Assembly (NCBI GenBank): GCA_022703645.1
Contig: JAKLDG010000001.1
Location: 75,756-139,755 of the forward strand
Direction of reading: 5' to 3'
DNA length: 64,000 nucleotides
DNA from: Patescibacteria group bacterium
GTDB lineage: Bacteria; Patescibacteriota; JACPGU01
Part shown: positions 49,539-59,214 of the stretch, in pieces
Layout: every line of letters starts with the position of its first letter
Numbering within the stretch: the first letter of the stretch is position 1
Translations under genes and position numbers: made by a program
The notes under the pieces: generated by a model
Seen by the model: only the letters and a program-made list of their open reading frames with translations
Databases searched by the model: none
Told to the model about the DNA's origin: nothing

Positions 49539-49600
49539 TTATAATATAAAGGTTATAAAATGGGGTGCAAAAATCCCATTTTTTTGATAGAATGGTATTT

Positions 49601-51442
49601 ATGGATAACATAAGAAATTTTTGTATTATAGCGCATATCGATCACGGGAAGTCAACTTTGGCTGACCGATTATTGGAGTTGACTGGAACGGTGAGTAAAC
49701 GCGATATGAAGGCGCAGCTTCTTGATTCGATGGATCTGGAGCGCGAAAGAGGTATAACGATAAAACTTCAGCCCGCACGAATGGACTATCATTACGAAAT
49801 GACAAATGACAAATTTCAAATGTCAAATCAAATCCAAAATCCAAATGTCAAAAAGGGGAAGTTTATTCTTAACCTGATAGACACACCGGGGCATGTGGAT
49901 TTTGGTTATGAAGTCAGCCGATCGCTGGCTGCTGTTGAAGGGGCGCTACTAATCGTAGACGCTGCGCAAGGGATCCAGGCGCAAACGCTGGCCAATGCTT
50001 ATCAAGCGCAAGATCAAGGACTCGTAATGATTCCAGTAATAAATAAAATCGACCTGCCGGCTGCAGAACCGGAAAAGGTGGCGAATGAATTAATTAATAC
50101 TTTTGGATTTAAAAAAGAAGAAATGATTTATGTGTCGGCCAAGACTGGACAGGGCGTTGACGAAGTTCTGGACGCGATAGTTGAGAGAATCCCAGCACCT
50201 ACTGGAAATGCGACAGGAGATCTACGCGCGTTAATTTTTGATTCAAAATATGATTCTTACCGCGGAGTTATCACTTATGTTCGTGTCGTTGATGGCGAGA
50301 TAAAAAGTGGCGATATTATAAACTTAATGTTTGCAAATAAAAAAACGGATGCTCTGGAAGTGGGTTATTTCAAACCGGAAATGGTGAAATCAGGAAAACT
50401 TTTGGCCGGGGAGATAGGTTACATCGTTACTTCGCTTAAAGACATATCTCTGGCCGGAGTAGGTGATACTGTAACTCTGGAAAAAACGAAGGAAACTGTC
50501 CAATCATTACCGGGCTATATGAAAGTGAAGCCGACAGTATTCGCGGGAATTTATCCGGCGGATAGCAATGATCTCAATAAACTTCGCGAAGGATTATCAA
50601 AGCTCAAAATGAATGACGCAGCGCTGGAATTTACGGGCGAAAACTCACCAGTCCTTGGACTTGGTTTTCGCGTTGGATTTCTAGGAATGCTTCACCTTGA
50701 TATTATAAAAGAACGTCTCGAGCGCGAGTTTTCCTTGGAACTTATTATCACACATCCGACAGTTGGTTATGAAATAGATCTGACGAATGGAGATAAAATT
50801 CGCACGAGTAACCCGGCAGATTTTCCGGGAGTTGATAGAATAAAATCGATTGCTGAACCTTGGGTACGTACGGAAATATTATTACCGAAAAGCTACGTCG
50901 GTCAGGTAATTGAAATGTTGGCGAGATACCGCGGGATATTTAAAGAGGTAAAATACTTAGATGAAAATAAAGCACTGATACTTTATGAAATTCCGCTGGC
51001 TGTAATGATTAAAGATTTTTATGACGATCTGAAGTCAGTTTCTTCCGGTTATGCTTCGCTAAACTACGAACACATCGGGCTTCGGGTAGGCGACCTAGTA
51101 AAAATGGATGTATTGCTTGCTGGTGATAAAATAGAATCACTGAGCCAAATAGTTGATCGGGGAGAAGCGCAGAAATTGGGGAATGAGATAGTAAGCAAGC
51201 TCAAAAAATTAATTCCAAAACAGATGTTTGAGGTTTCAATCCAAGCCGCAATCGGTTCAAAAATATTAGCGCGTGAAAATATGTCGGCAATGAAAAAAGA
51301 TGTTGCAGGATATCTGTACGGAGGCGATCGAACTCGAAAAGATAAACTCATAAATAAGCAAAAAGAAGGCAAAAAAAAGATGAAGGCGCTCGGACGAGTG
51401 AATGTGCCGAGCTCGGTATTCTTGGATTTGATGAAGAAATAG
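49601..51442 (+). CDS. lepA: elongation factor 4 (LepA) with an in-frame low-complexity insertion in the G domain
   Basis: IRNFCIIAHIDHGKSTL and NLIDTPGHVDF motifs. The start is at MDNIRNF, 7 nt after TGATAGAAT. The insert EMTNDKFQMSNQIQNPNVKKGKF comes from an AAATGAC/AAATCCA 7-mer repeat at 49795..49860. Confidence 0.85.
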   Translation: MDNIRNFCIIAHIDHGKSTLADRLLELTGTVSKRDMKAQLLDSMDLERERGITIKLQPARMDYHYEMTNDKFQMSNQIQNPNVKKGKFILNLIDTPGHVDFGYEVSRSLAAVEGALLIVDAAQGIQAQTLANAYQAQDQGLVMIPVINKIDLPAAEPEKVANELINTFGFKKEEMIYVSAKTGQGVDEVLDAIVERIPAPTGNATGDLRALIFDSKYDSYRGVITYVRVVDGEIKSGDIINLMFANKKTDALEVGYFKPEMVKSGKLLAGEIGYIVTSLKDISLAGVGDTVTLEKTKETVQSLPGYMKVKPTVFAGIYPADSNDLNKLREGLSKLKMNDAALEFTGENSPVLGLGFRVGFLGMLHLDIIKERLEREFSLELIITHPTVGYEIDLTNGDKIRTSNPADFPGVDRIKSIAEPWVRTEILLPKSYVGQVIEMLARYRGIFKEVKYLDENKALILYEIPLAVMIKDFYDDLKSVSSGYASLNYEHIGLRVGDLVKMDVLLAGDKIESLSQIVDRGEAQKLGNEIVSKLKKLIPKQMFEVSIQAAIGSKILARENMSAMKKDVAGYLYGGDRTRKDKLINKQKEGKKKMKALGRVNVPSSVFLDLMKK

Positions 51443-51493
51443 GGAGAAGGGTTTAGGGTATAGGTTGCAGGGTTTAGAATATAGGTATTTGTA

Positions 51494-51519
51494 GGGGCGA
51501 GCCGTTGGCTCGCCCTTTG
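51494..51519. terminator. GC hairpin terminator GGGGCGAGCC-gttg-GGCTCGCCC followed by TTT, between convergent genes
   Basis: Seen directly. Same hairpin family as 13936 and 42291. Confidence 0.65.
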
Positions 51520-51553
51520 AATTGGGCGGCTCACCGATCCGCTCGTACAGATA

Positions 51554-51799
51554 TTATTCAGATTCCTTTACAAATTTGAATCTTGGGACTTTCTTGCCCT
51601 CGAATTCTATTTTTTCCAGAAACATTTCAGTCGGGCGAACCCAGAGAGCGTTTGGGTCAAATTGTTCTGATTCATAGAGAGCGCGGTAAACAACAAATTT
51701 CTCGAGAGTTTCGGAGTGATAAGCCAATCCGATTACTTTATAGAGATTGCCTTTGTAATGCTGGTAAATGCCAGTTTTAGTTTTATTCAATAAGTTCAT
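51554..51799 (-). CDS. DUF1653-domain protein
   Basis: The YQHYKGNLYKVIGLAYHSETLEKFVVYRALY...WVRP pattern is typical of DUF1653. Confidence 0.7.
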   Translation of the reverse strand: MNLLNKTKTGIYQHYKGNLYKVIGLAYHSETLEKFVVYRALYESEQFDPNALWVRPTEMFLEKIEFEGKKVPRFKFVKESE

Positions 51800-52679
51800 A
51801 AGCTAATTTTTTTAATTGCTGACGCCAAAAAATATTTTGTGGGTTTCTTTCTTCACCGAAATTATTAAAAGGTTTCTTTTGCCAAGGATCGGCGACGATC
51901 TGTTCTTCATCTTCCGGTTCTAAAACGGCTTTTTCTATTGTCAAGAAAGATTCGACGCCATTTATATTTGGGGGCTCTTTTTTGATTAATTGGTTTACAT
52001 CATCTTTTGCGGTGTTGTAGTAATGCCGGGAGGCGCTAAACCATTCAGAATACACTGTTGAGCTCGGATAAGTTTTTTCAAAAAGAAGACTTGCGAAAAC
52101 CAGAGTTATCCCAGAGACCATAACTTCATCTATAATACAGATTTTTTTATGTTTAAATTTTTCCCCAAAAGTGGAAACCAGGTTTTTTTGAAGATTTTTT
52201 ACTCTTTCTTTACTGAGATCGCCTGTTTTTTCTGTTCCGATATTTACAAAACTAATTCTTGGTTTTGGCTCTCCGAGATATATAGCTTCCCAAGATTTTG
52301 ATATAAAATATCCAATTAACCTCGCGCTTTTATCTAGGAAAACCAGCTCTTCTATCCCCTTTTCATGTGCCGCTTCTACAATCTCTCTTGCTCTTAGTTT
52401 GAATTGTTCCCGCGTTTTTTCACTAATAAATATTGCGCGGTGTTCTATGTTGGAAAGAAATTTTTTTTCTTGTTTTATGCGAAGGGTTGCTGCCTCTTTA
52501 TTTATCTCTTTTGGATCAGTATTTTGAGGAAAATCTCCTTTTATCTTTTCTACAAGAGATAGTTCTTTTTTATGTTCCTCATCTTCTTCTGCTTGAGCAA
52601 AAAAATCTCTAAGTTCCAGAATGTCTCTTTTGATTCCGGGGCTTCCCATCGTTTCAAGATAATAATCAAAGTTAGACAT
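51783..52679 (-). CDS. hypothetical protein with a phosphoribosyltransferase-like motif
   Basis: ICIIDEVMVSGITL resembles the PRPP-binding loop of type I phosphoribosyltransferases. It overlaps both neighbouring genes by 8 and 17 nt. Confidence 0.4.
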   Translation of the reverse strand: MSNFDYYLETMGSPGIKRDILELRDFFAQAEEDEEHKKELSLVEKIKGDFPQNTDPKEINKEAATLRIKQEKKFLSNIEHRAIFISEKTREQFKLRAREIVEAAHEKGIEELVFLDKSARLIGYFISKSWEAIYLGEPKPRISFVNIGTEKTGDLSKERVKNLQKNLVSTFGEKFKHKKICIIDEVMVSGITLVFASLLFEKTYPSSTVYSEWFSASRHYYNTAKDDVNQLIKKEPPNINGVESFLTIEKAVLEPEDEEQIVADPWQKKPFNNFGEERNPQNIFWRQQLKKLAYELIE

Positions 52680-53733
52680 GTTTGTTTTTTATTTTTATAT
52701 TTACCACTGACATTCCTATTATTAATAAAATCAAAAGACTTAGTAAAGCGAAAAACTTGAAAACTGTTCCAGAAACCAAAGATATCCCAGCGAAAAAAGC
52801 GGTGATGGTCCAAAAGATAAAAACAACATTTCTTTTTGATATCCCAATATCAATCAATTTATGATGCAGGTGGTCTCGTCCTGCTGCCCAAGGTTTTTTG
52901 CCATGATAAATTCTGGCGGTAGCGACCCAAACACCGTCAAAAATCGGTAACCCCAAGACCAAAAACGCGGTTGCCATTTTACCACCGGAAACAATTGCCA
53001 GAGTAGCGAGCAAAAAACCTAGAAACATTGAACCGGTATCTCCCATAAACATTTTGGCAGGGTTTAGATTGAAAGGCAAAAAACCTAAAACTGCTCCCAA
53101 GGCAATAAGAGCAATGATAGCCGAAAGAGGTTGGCTAACAGTGCTTAACATACTCAATAAATAGATAGCAATAAAAGCGATCGCGGAAACACCTATGGCC
53201 AGTCCATCAAGACCATCAAGGAAATTTACCACATTAATCATTCCGACAATCCAGAGTAACGCTAGTAGGTCAGCAATAAGTGTAATATTATAAGTTATAC
53301 TATTAATAGTTATAATAGGAATTTGGATCTGATTGAGATAAATAAATCCTCCAAAGGGATTATTAATAAAAGTAATCCCTACGCCGGCAGCTATTACGGT
53401 TAGGCCAGCTAATATTTGTGCGATTAATTTGATGCTAGGATTTATTTTTTTACGATCATCAATAACCCCAGTAATAAATAAAATTATGGATCCAATAAAA
53501 AGCCCAAAAATGTATTTCAAATACGCGCCTTGTACCTGATTAAAATACAAAAAAGCGATCATTGATATCCAGAAAGCAAAAAACATAGCAATACCGCCGA
53601 GATTTGGAGTTGGTTTTATATGGATACGTCTTTCTTCATCTGGAATATCTAACCATTTTTTCCGAAGAGAAAGTTTGAGTATTGCAAAAGAGAAGAGAAG
53701 TGATAATATGGTTGTAATAATAAAATATTGCAT
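52672..53733 (-). CDS. MraY/WecA-family (glycosyltransferase family 4) polyprenyl-phosphate sugar-1-phosphate transferase
   Basis: VNFLDGLDGLA and DRxHxHHKL motifs (WecA/TagO-like), 10-11 transmembrane helices. Confidence 0.75.
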   Translation of the reverse strand: MQYFIITTILSLLFSFAILKLSLRKKWLDIPDEERRIHIKPTPNLGGIAMFFAFWISMIAFLYFNQVQGAYLKYIFGLFIGSIILFITGVIDDRKKINPSIKLIAQILAGLTVIAAGVGITFINNPFGGFIYLNQIQIPIITINSITYNITLIADLLALLWIVGMINVVNFLDGLDGLAIGVSAIAFIAIYLLSMLSTVSQPLSAIIALIALGAVLGFLPFNLNPAKMFMGDTGSMFLGFLLATLAIVSGGKMATAFLVLGLPIFDGVWVATARIYHGKKPWAAGRDHLHHKLIDIGISKRNVVFIFWTITAFFAGISLVSGTVFKFFALLSLLILLIIGMSVVNIKIKNKHV

Positions 53734-53790
53734 AATATATTGAAGTTTTTTGGTTTATATAAATAAAAATAAAAAAATTAATTTAATTTT

Positions 53791-54684
53791 ATGGGTAAGA
53801 AAAAAATTTTTATAATCATTGGCGTTGTAGTCGTTTTCATTGTTGTTATAGTTATTATAGCAAAATTATCATCAAGTACAACTTCGACTCCAGAAGTTGT
53901 AAATAATAGCTCAGCTCTGCCTGTTACAATAATTCTTGGAAAAGGCGTTGTAAATAAACAATTAGTAAATAAGACAGACGCATTTCTTGTGACAGATAAA
54001 GAAATAAACGCGGCAATTTATTATAATTCATTACCTGCCGGATCTCTAGTCGAATATCAATGGTATAATTTTCGCAGCGGAAAAAATATTGTGGTTACTC
54101 CGAGGATCACAACACGCACTACAGCAATACAGAGCTCAACTAATCCTGATTTCGCAAAGCTTACCAATGATGGTAAAAAGATTGTCTGGGGGCCAGGAGA
54201 ATACGCTTTTCGTATCGCCATAGATACTGTTGCGATAGATCCGGAAACAGGAAAAACATTAGCGCCAAAAAAGACTTTGTATGAAAGAAGATATAATGTC
54301 TATACTCAAACTGAAATGGATAAGATAAATACGATCAATGCTTTTACTTCTTTCAGCCTAACTACGGCGGTAGATACAAAAGGAAATTTAAAGGAAAAAT
54401 CCACGACTACTTTTTCACCAACGACATCTGATATTTATGCAGTTATCAAATACGACGGTATTCCAACACAAGCTCATTTTGAAGCAAAATGGATTTATCT
54501 TGCTGCTGACAGGCAAATAGACAGCTTTGATAAATATATATCCGGTAGCGGTTCTGTGGTATTTAATATAAATGCGAAAGAGGATATTTGGACGCCAGTA
54601 AAAGAATGGCCAAAAGGACAGTATCAATTGCAGTTGTTGATTAATGGAGAGGACTTCAAGAATATCGATTTCTCAGTTGAATAA
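53791..54684 (+). CDS. membrane-anchored hypothetical protein
   Basis: N-terminal transmembrane helix. No recognised domain. Confidence 0.4.
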   Translation: MGKKKIFIIIGVVVVFIVVIVIIAKLSSSTTSTPEVVNNSSALPVTIILGKGVVNKQLVNKTDAFLVTDKEINAAIYYNSLPAGSLVEYQWYNFRSGKNIVVTPRITTRTTAIQSSTNPDFAKLTNDGKKIVWGPGEYAFRIAIDTVAIDPETGKTLAPKKTLYERRYNVYTQTEMDKINTINAFTSFSLTTAVDTKGNLKEKSTTTFSPTTSDIYAVIKYDGIPTQAHFEAKWIYLAADRQIDSFDKYISGSGSVVFNINAKEDIWTPVKEWPKGQYQLQLLINGEDFKNIDFSVE

Positions 54685-54686
54685 TA

Positions 54687-54719
54687 AATCGCCCTCCGAA
54701 TCGGAGGGCGATTTATTTT
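54687..54719. terminator. bidirectional intrinsic terminator
   Basis: AAATCGCCCTCCGA-atc-GGAGGGCGATTT followed by ATTTT. Confidence 0.85.
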
Positions 54720-55224
54720 ACCAAATATGTATCTCATCTACCCTGGAATATTTCACAAGTTCATTGGGTTTAAACCAAAGCTTTAGTTCTCTTTTCGCGT
54801 CTTTCTCATCTGCCGAAGCGTGGATGATATTACGGACCGTTAGTGTATTATTATTCGCGTAGTCTTTGCTAATATGGCAATAATCCCCGCGAATAGTTCC
54901 AGGAGCTGATTCATTGGGATAGGTAGTACCGCACATTGCGCGTACAACCTTAATAGCTTCAACCCCTTCCAAGACTATTGCAATCACAACTCCTTCTGAT
55001 AGGTATTTAATTAATCCTTCAGCAATTACTTTTCCATGTCTGACAACCACATCATAGTAATGAGCTTCTGCTAATTTTCGGGAAGGTGCAAGCATTTTCA
55101 TACCGCAAATTTTTAAGCCTCTATTTTCAAACCGTTTTAAAATTTCTCCGACCAGTCCTCTTTCAACCCCATCAGGTTTTATCAGAACAAGGGTTTTGTA
55201 GCGGTGGATAGATAGGTCTTTCAT
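54718..55224 (-). CDS. ndk: nucleoside diphosphate kinase
   Basis: TLVLIKPDGV and NIIHASAD (active-site His) motifs. Confidence 0.85.
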   Translation of the reverse strand: MKDLSIHRYKTLVLIKPDGVERGLVGEILKRFENRGLKICGMKMLAPSRKLAEAHYYDVVVRHGKVIAEGLIKYLSEGVVIAIVLEGVEAIKVVRAMCGTTYPNESAPGTIRGDYCHISKDYANNNTLTVRNIIHASADEKDAKRELKLWFKPNELVKYSRVDEIHIW

Positions 55225-55246
55225 AAGAAAGGGATTTATTAGTAGT

Positions 55247-56185
55247 TTATTTTTTCTTTTTTAAGATTAGCAAGACAATAGTGGCGATGATAAATATTAA
55301 GGCGCTGATTAACTGCCCGAGCGTTAAATGCAAAAAGATTTTTGGCTCAATACGAACAAATTCAATTCCGAATCTTATTACTGAATATATCATTAAATAC
55401 AAAGCAAAAATCATACCAGCTTTTAATTTCTTCTTTTTCGCTAAGACTGCGAGAATGATAAATGCAACAAGAGATAAAATCGATTCATAGAGAAACACCG
55501 GATGGAAAAAAGAATCATTGCGATATTCCCAGGGGCGGTTGAAGGGTGTTATATACATTTTGAGAAAGAGGCGAGTCGGGTAGCCAATTAGTTCTTGGTT
55601 AAAGAAATTTCCCCAGCGTCCAAAAACCTGTCCAAGCAGCATGGCAGGCGCGAAGATGTCGAGAATTTTCCAAGTATTTAATTTTCTAATCTTGCAATAA
55701 ACCAGGATCGCGATGAATCCTAATAAAACGGCTCCATAGAGGGTAAGTCCTCCCTCCCAAATATTTAAAGTTTCAAGAGGATGTTTCAGGTAATAACTCA
55801 AGTTTAGCGCGACGAAAGCTAATCTGGCTCCGAGCATTCCAAAAACCGCGCCAATAAAAACCATGTTTACCGTATCGTCGAGACTTTCTCCTTCATCTCT
55901 TCCACGATAAAGCACGTAGATAAGAGAAGGGATAAAGCCGATAATGAAACAGATTCCGTACCAATGGACTTTGAATTGCGCGATCTGAAATGCTATGGGG
56001 TTAAGATTTATGTCATCGCTAAATACGCGCGCAACCCAGTAGGAAAAAAGTGAAAGGGCAGTTGCTGCCACGATGATCAATACAATTTTTGATATTTTTT
56101 TGGCCAAAGTTGGGTTGATCTTTCTGTGCTCAGGTTTCTTGGAAGTCTTTTTTAGGCTGATGTTTAAGTTTTTGTTTTTAGGCAT
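55247..56185 (-). CDS. lgt: prolipoprotein diacylglyceryl transferase
   Basis: FHPVFLYESI and GARLAFV motifs. A GGAGG ribosome-binding site is present. Confidence 0.8.
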   Translation of the reverse strand: MPKNKNLNISLKKTSKKPEHRKINPTLAKKISKIVLIIVAATALSLFSYWVARVFSDDINLNPIAFQIAQFKVHWYGICFIIGFIPSLIYVLYRGRDEGESLDDTVNMVFIGAVFGMLGARLAFVALNLSYYLKHPLETLNIWEGGLTLYGAVLLGFIAILVYCKIRKLNTWKILDIFAPAMLLGQVFGRWGNFFNQELIGYPTRLFLKMYITPFNRPWEYRNDSFFHPVFLYESILSLVAFIILAVLAKKKKLKAGMIFALYLMIYSVIRFGIEFVRIEPKIFLHLTLGQLISALIFIIATIVLLILKKKK

Positions 56186-56193
56186 ACTTCCTC

Positions 56194-57480
56194 CTATAGT
56201 TTAATTAATTTAAGATATTTGTTTTCTTGTTTTTTATCGATCGGAGCAACAATAACAAGATTTAGATTCTTTGGTTGGAATAACTCCCCCGCCATTTTTT
56301 TTAGATCTAAAGCCGTTACTTTTTTTATACTACGCGCGATGTTTTCTGGCAAGTCGATATCTTTTTCATAAAGCGCTTGGTTGGCGATATTTGCCGCCCA
56401 GGAAGATGAAGCTTCAATCGATAGATCAAGCCTACCCAGCTCAAAGTCTTTTGCTCTTTTGATATATTCAGGTTTTAAACCATTATTTTTAATTTCTTTT
56501 AATTTTTTTAGTATTGCCGATACGGACTCTTCTAATTTTGCGCAATTAACACCGGCGCTAATTACAAATGCTCCTGTCTCATCGAAACAACGAGTCCATG
56601 AAGAAATATCATAAACCAAGGCTCTTTTTTCCCTAATTTCGTCAAAAAGAATTGAGCTGGAATAGCCGCCGATAATTCGGGAAAGTAGATCAATCGTTGT
56701 ACGGTCATGATCTGATCGATTTCGTCCAAAAGCTCTAAATCCCATCAGTATATTGGCTTGCTGAGAATCTCTTTTATAAATCTTTACGAGAGGGCTGTCC
56801 TGTTTTAAAATAGTTTTTTCGCTGGTATTGAGAGAAGCTTTTTTGATCTTACCGAATTTTTTTGTTAATAACCCTTTTAGTTTTACTTCAGAAAACTTTC
56901 CGCCGACTGCGATGACAGTATTTTGCGCTGAATAAAATCGGTTCTTAAAGTTAATGAGGTCTTTGCGTGTCATTTTTTTTATCGAATCAATTGACCCAGC
57001 AATATCGCTTCCAAGAGGGTTTTTGCCGAAAATCAACTCCTCGAATTTCATAAAAGCATAATCGGCCGGCATATCGTCATACATTTTTATTTCCTCAATA
57101 ATCACGCCTTTTTCTTTCTCGATATCCTTAGTATCAAACCTAGAATTAAGTAAAATATCGGAGAGTATATCGACTCCCAGTTCAACTTTGCGCGCCGGCA
57201 AGGAAACATAATAGCCGGTAGTTTCTTTGCTGGTATAGGCATTGATGGTACCGCCGACCTGGTGAATTTCCTTTTTTATATCAGTTGACTTTAGGCGTTT
57301 TTTGGTGCCTTTAAAATTCATATGTTCAATGAAATGCGCAACCCCGTCAATTCCTATATTTTCGTAGCGTGATCCAACACGGAAAATAACATTTATAAAA
57401 ATACCCATTGTTTCTTTTTTGGGAACAGTGAAAACTCTTACTCCATTTGGCAGGCTATAGTGATTGTACTTGAGTTTCAT
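56194..57480 (-). CDS. M16-family (pitrilysin-like) zinc peptidase
   Basis: Inverted zinc motif HFIEH...E (GVAHFIEHMNFKG), followed by the M16 C-terminal domain. Confidence 0.75.
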   Translation of the reverse strand: MKLKYNHYSLPNGVRVFTVPKKETMGIFINVIFRVGSRYENIGIDGVAHFIEHMNFKGTKKRLKSTDIKKEIHQVGGTINAYTSKETTGYYVSLPARKVELGVDILSDILLNSRFDTKDIEKEKGVIIEEIKMYDDMPADYAFMKFEELIFGKNPLGSDIAGSIDSIKKMTRKDLINFKNRFYSAQNTVIAVGGKFSEVKLKGLLTKKFGKIKKASLNTSEKTILKQDSPLVKIYKRDSQQANILMGFRAFGRNRSDHDRTTIDLLSRIIGGYSSSILFDEIREKRALVYDISSWTRCFDETGAFVISAGVNCAKLEESVSAILKKLKEIKNNGLKPEYIKRAKDFELGRLDLSIEASSSWAANIANQALYEKDIDLPENIARSIKKVTALDLKKMAGELFQPKNLNLVIVAPIDKKQENKYLKLIKL

Positions 57481-57518
57481 AATTTAGTTTATTATATATA
57501 AACGTTGGTTGCCAAAAA

Positions 57519-57625
57519 ACTTTCAGTTTTCAATTTCCATTACAGGTATCGCTTCGCGATATATTAAATATAAGAATTGAATCATTGATAATTGATTGAG
57601 AATTGGAAATTGTAAAATTGAAAAT
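57519..57625. repeat. MITE-like AT-rich palindromic repeat copy containing an embedded ATCGC-TTCG-GCGAT hairpin
   Basis: TTTCAGTTTTCAATTTCCAT...GATTGAGAATTGGAAATTGTAAAATTGAAAATTT. It abuts the dut stop codon. Confidence 0.7.
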
Positions 57626-58054
57626 TTATCCGGTTGAACCAAATCCTCCTCTATTTTTATCATCCATTTTCTCTACTTGAATCAGTCCCACTTTTTCTAC
57701 CGGTAAGAACATTCCCTGCGCGATGCGTTCGCCTTTTTCTATTCTTACGATCTCATCAGTAAAATTATAAGCACAAAACAGCACCTCATCACTTTCTCCG
57801 CAATAGTCCTGATCGATAACGCCAATGTGATTTCCTTGAAATAATCCTTTTTTCTTTGCCAGAGAGCTGCGCGGAGAAATAAGAAAAACATAACCTTCCG
57901 GAGTTTTAACAATAATATTAAGAGGTACGAGCACGATTGACTTTGGCGCTACTTCAATATCGATTCTTGAATACAAATCAAAAGCTACAGAGCCAGCCGT
58001 TTGATAGGCAGGCAAGGGGAGGGAAGGGTCAATCAATTTAATTTGAACATTCAT
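57626..58054 (-). CDS. dut: dUTP diphosphatase
   Basis: GSVAFDL, RSSLA, GVIDQDYCGE and RGGFGSTG motifs. The start is chosen at MNVQIKL, 6 nt after a TATACT -10 box; the alternative ATG is 6 nt upstream at 58060. Confidence 0.8.
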   Translation of the reverse strand: MNVQIKLIDPSLPLPAYQTAGSVAFDLYSRIDIEVAPKSIVLVPLNIIVKTPEGYVFLISPRSSLAKKKGLFQGNHIGVIDQDYCGESDEVLFCAYNFTDEIVRIEKGERIAQGMFLPVEKVGLIQVEKMDDKNRGGFGSTG

Positions 58055-58198
58055 ACGCATAGTATAACTTGGAGAGACATAATATTCAAGGCATAAAAAA
58101 TGAAAATGTCTAATGTCTAATTTCTAAACAATTTCAAAAATAATTTCCAAATGTTTTTTTATGTTATAATATTTGTGCGACATAAATAATCCCAATCT

Positions 58199-59179
58199 AT
58201 GAATCTTAACGACCTGCTTCAGCAATTTCTCGAACATATCGAAGTTGAAAAAGGACGAAGCTTCAAGACGCAAGAAAACTACAAGCATTATCTACAAAGG
58301 TTTATCGACTTTGCGGCTGGTTTTGGCGTTAGTGACCCTGCTGCGATCGACCAAGATTTAATTCACCAATATAGACTCTATCTCAATCGTCTTAAAGATA
58401 AAAATTCTAGTGAAACTATCATGAAAGTAACACAGAATTACCATATTATAGCGCTTCGCGCATTTCTAAAATACTTGGCGAAAATAGATGTGAAAACACT
58501 ATCTGCGGAAAAGGTGGAATTGGCAAAACAAGAACAGCGCGAAGTTCATTTTCTTACACCCGAAGAATTGGATAGAATTATGATGGCTCCTTCGCTTTAT
58601 GAAGAAAACCCATTGAAACGTAAAAGAGATGAGGCGATTCTGCAGGTTTTATTTTCTACCGGTTTACGTGTTTCGGAATTAACAGGATTGAACCGCGACC
58701 AAGTTGATCTTACTCGCGGAGAATTTAGCGTTCGCGGAAAAGGTAGCAAACTTCGACTCGTATTTTTATCAAATGAAGCAAAAGAGGCTTTGCAAAAATA
58801 TATTGAAAGGCGCAAGGATAAAAATAAAGCGGTTTTTGTTCCACTGTATAAAGGGAAAAAACAAGCGGAGGAGCAGGAATTAAAATCAGAAAACCCTTCT
58901 TCGCATAAAGCTAAGAAGGGCAAGGAGGTTCGCCTGACGCCTCGATCTGTGCAGAGAATGATCAGCCGATATGCAAAGTTGGCAGGAATTGTGAAAGAAG
59001 TAACGCCGCATACGATGCGCCATTCCTTCGCAACAGATCTGCTCATGAATGGCGCCGATATCCGTTCTGTTCAAACTATGTTGGGACATTCTTCAATAAC
59101 TACGACACAGATCTATACGCATGTGACGAACCAACAGTTGAAGGACGTTCATAAGGCATTTCATAGTAAGAAGAAATAA
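58199..59179 (+). CDS. tyrosine recombinase, XerC/XerD family
   Basis: N-terminal SAM-like domain. The catalytic domain carries R...HTMRHSFAT...LGHSSITTTQIYTHV (the Tyr). A Lys/Glu-rich insert precedes the catalytic core. Confidence 0.8.
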   Translation: MNLNDLLQQFLEHIEVEKGRSFKTQENYKHYLQRFIDFAAGFGVSDPAAIDQDLIHQYRLYLNRLKDKNSSETIMKVTQNYHIIALRAFLKYLAKIDVKTLSAEKVELAKQEQREVHFLTPEELDRIMMAPSLYEENPLKRKRDEAILQVLFSTGLRVSELTGLNRDQVDLTRGEFSVRGKGSKLRLVFLSNEAKEALQKYIERRKDKNKAVFVPLYKGKKQAEEQELKSENPSSHKAKKGKEVRLTPRSVQRMISRYAKLAGIVKEVTPHTMRHSFATDLLMNGADIRSVQTMLGHSSITTTQIYTHVTNQQLKDVHKAFHSKKK

Positions 59180-59183
59180 AAAA

Positions 59184-59208
59184 GCGCGACCTAAAAGGTC
59201 ACGCTTTT
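59184..59208. terminator. intrinsic terminator between convergent genes
   Basis: GCGCGACC-taaaa-GGTCACGC followed by TTTT. Confidence 0.65.
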
Positions 59209-59214
59209 GAAGAT

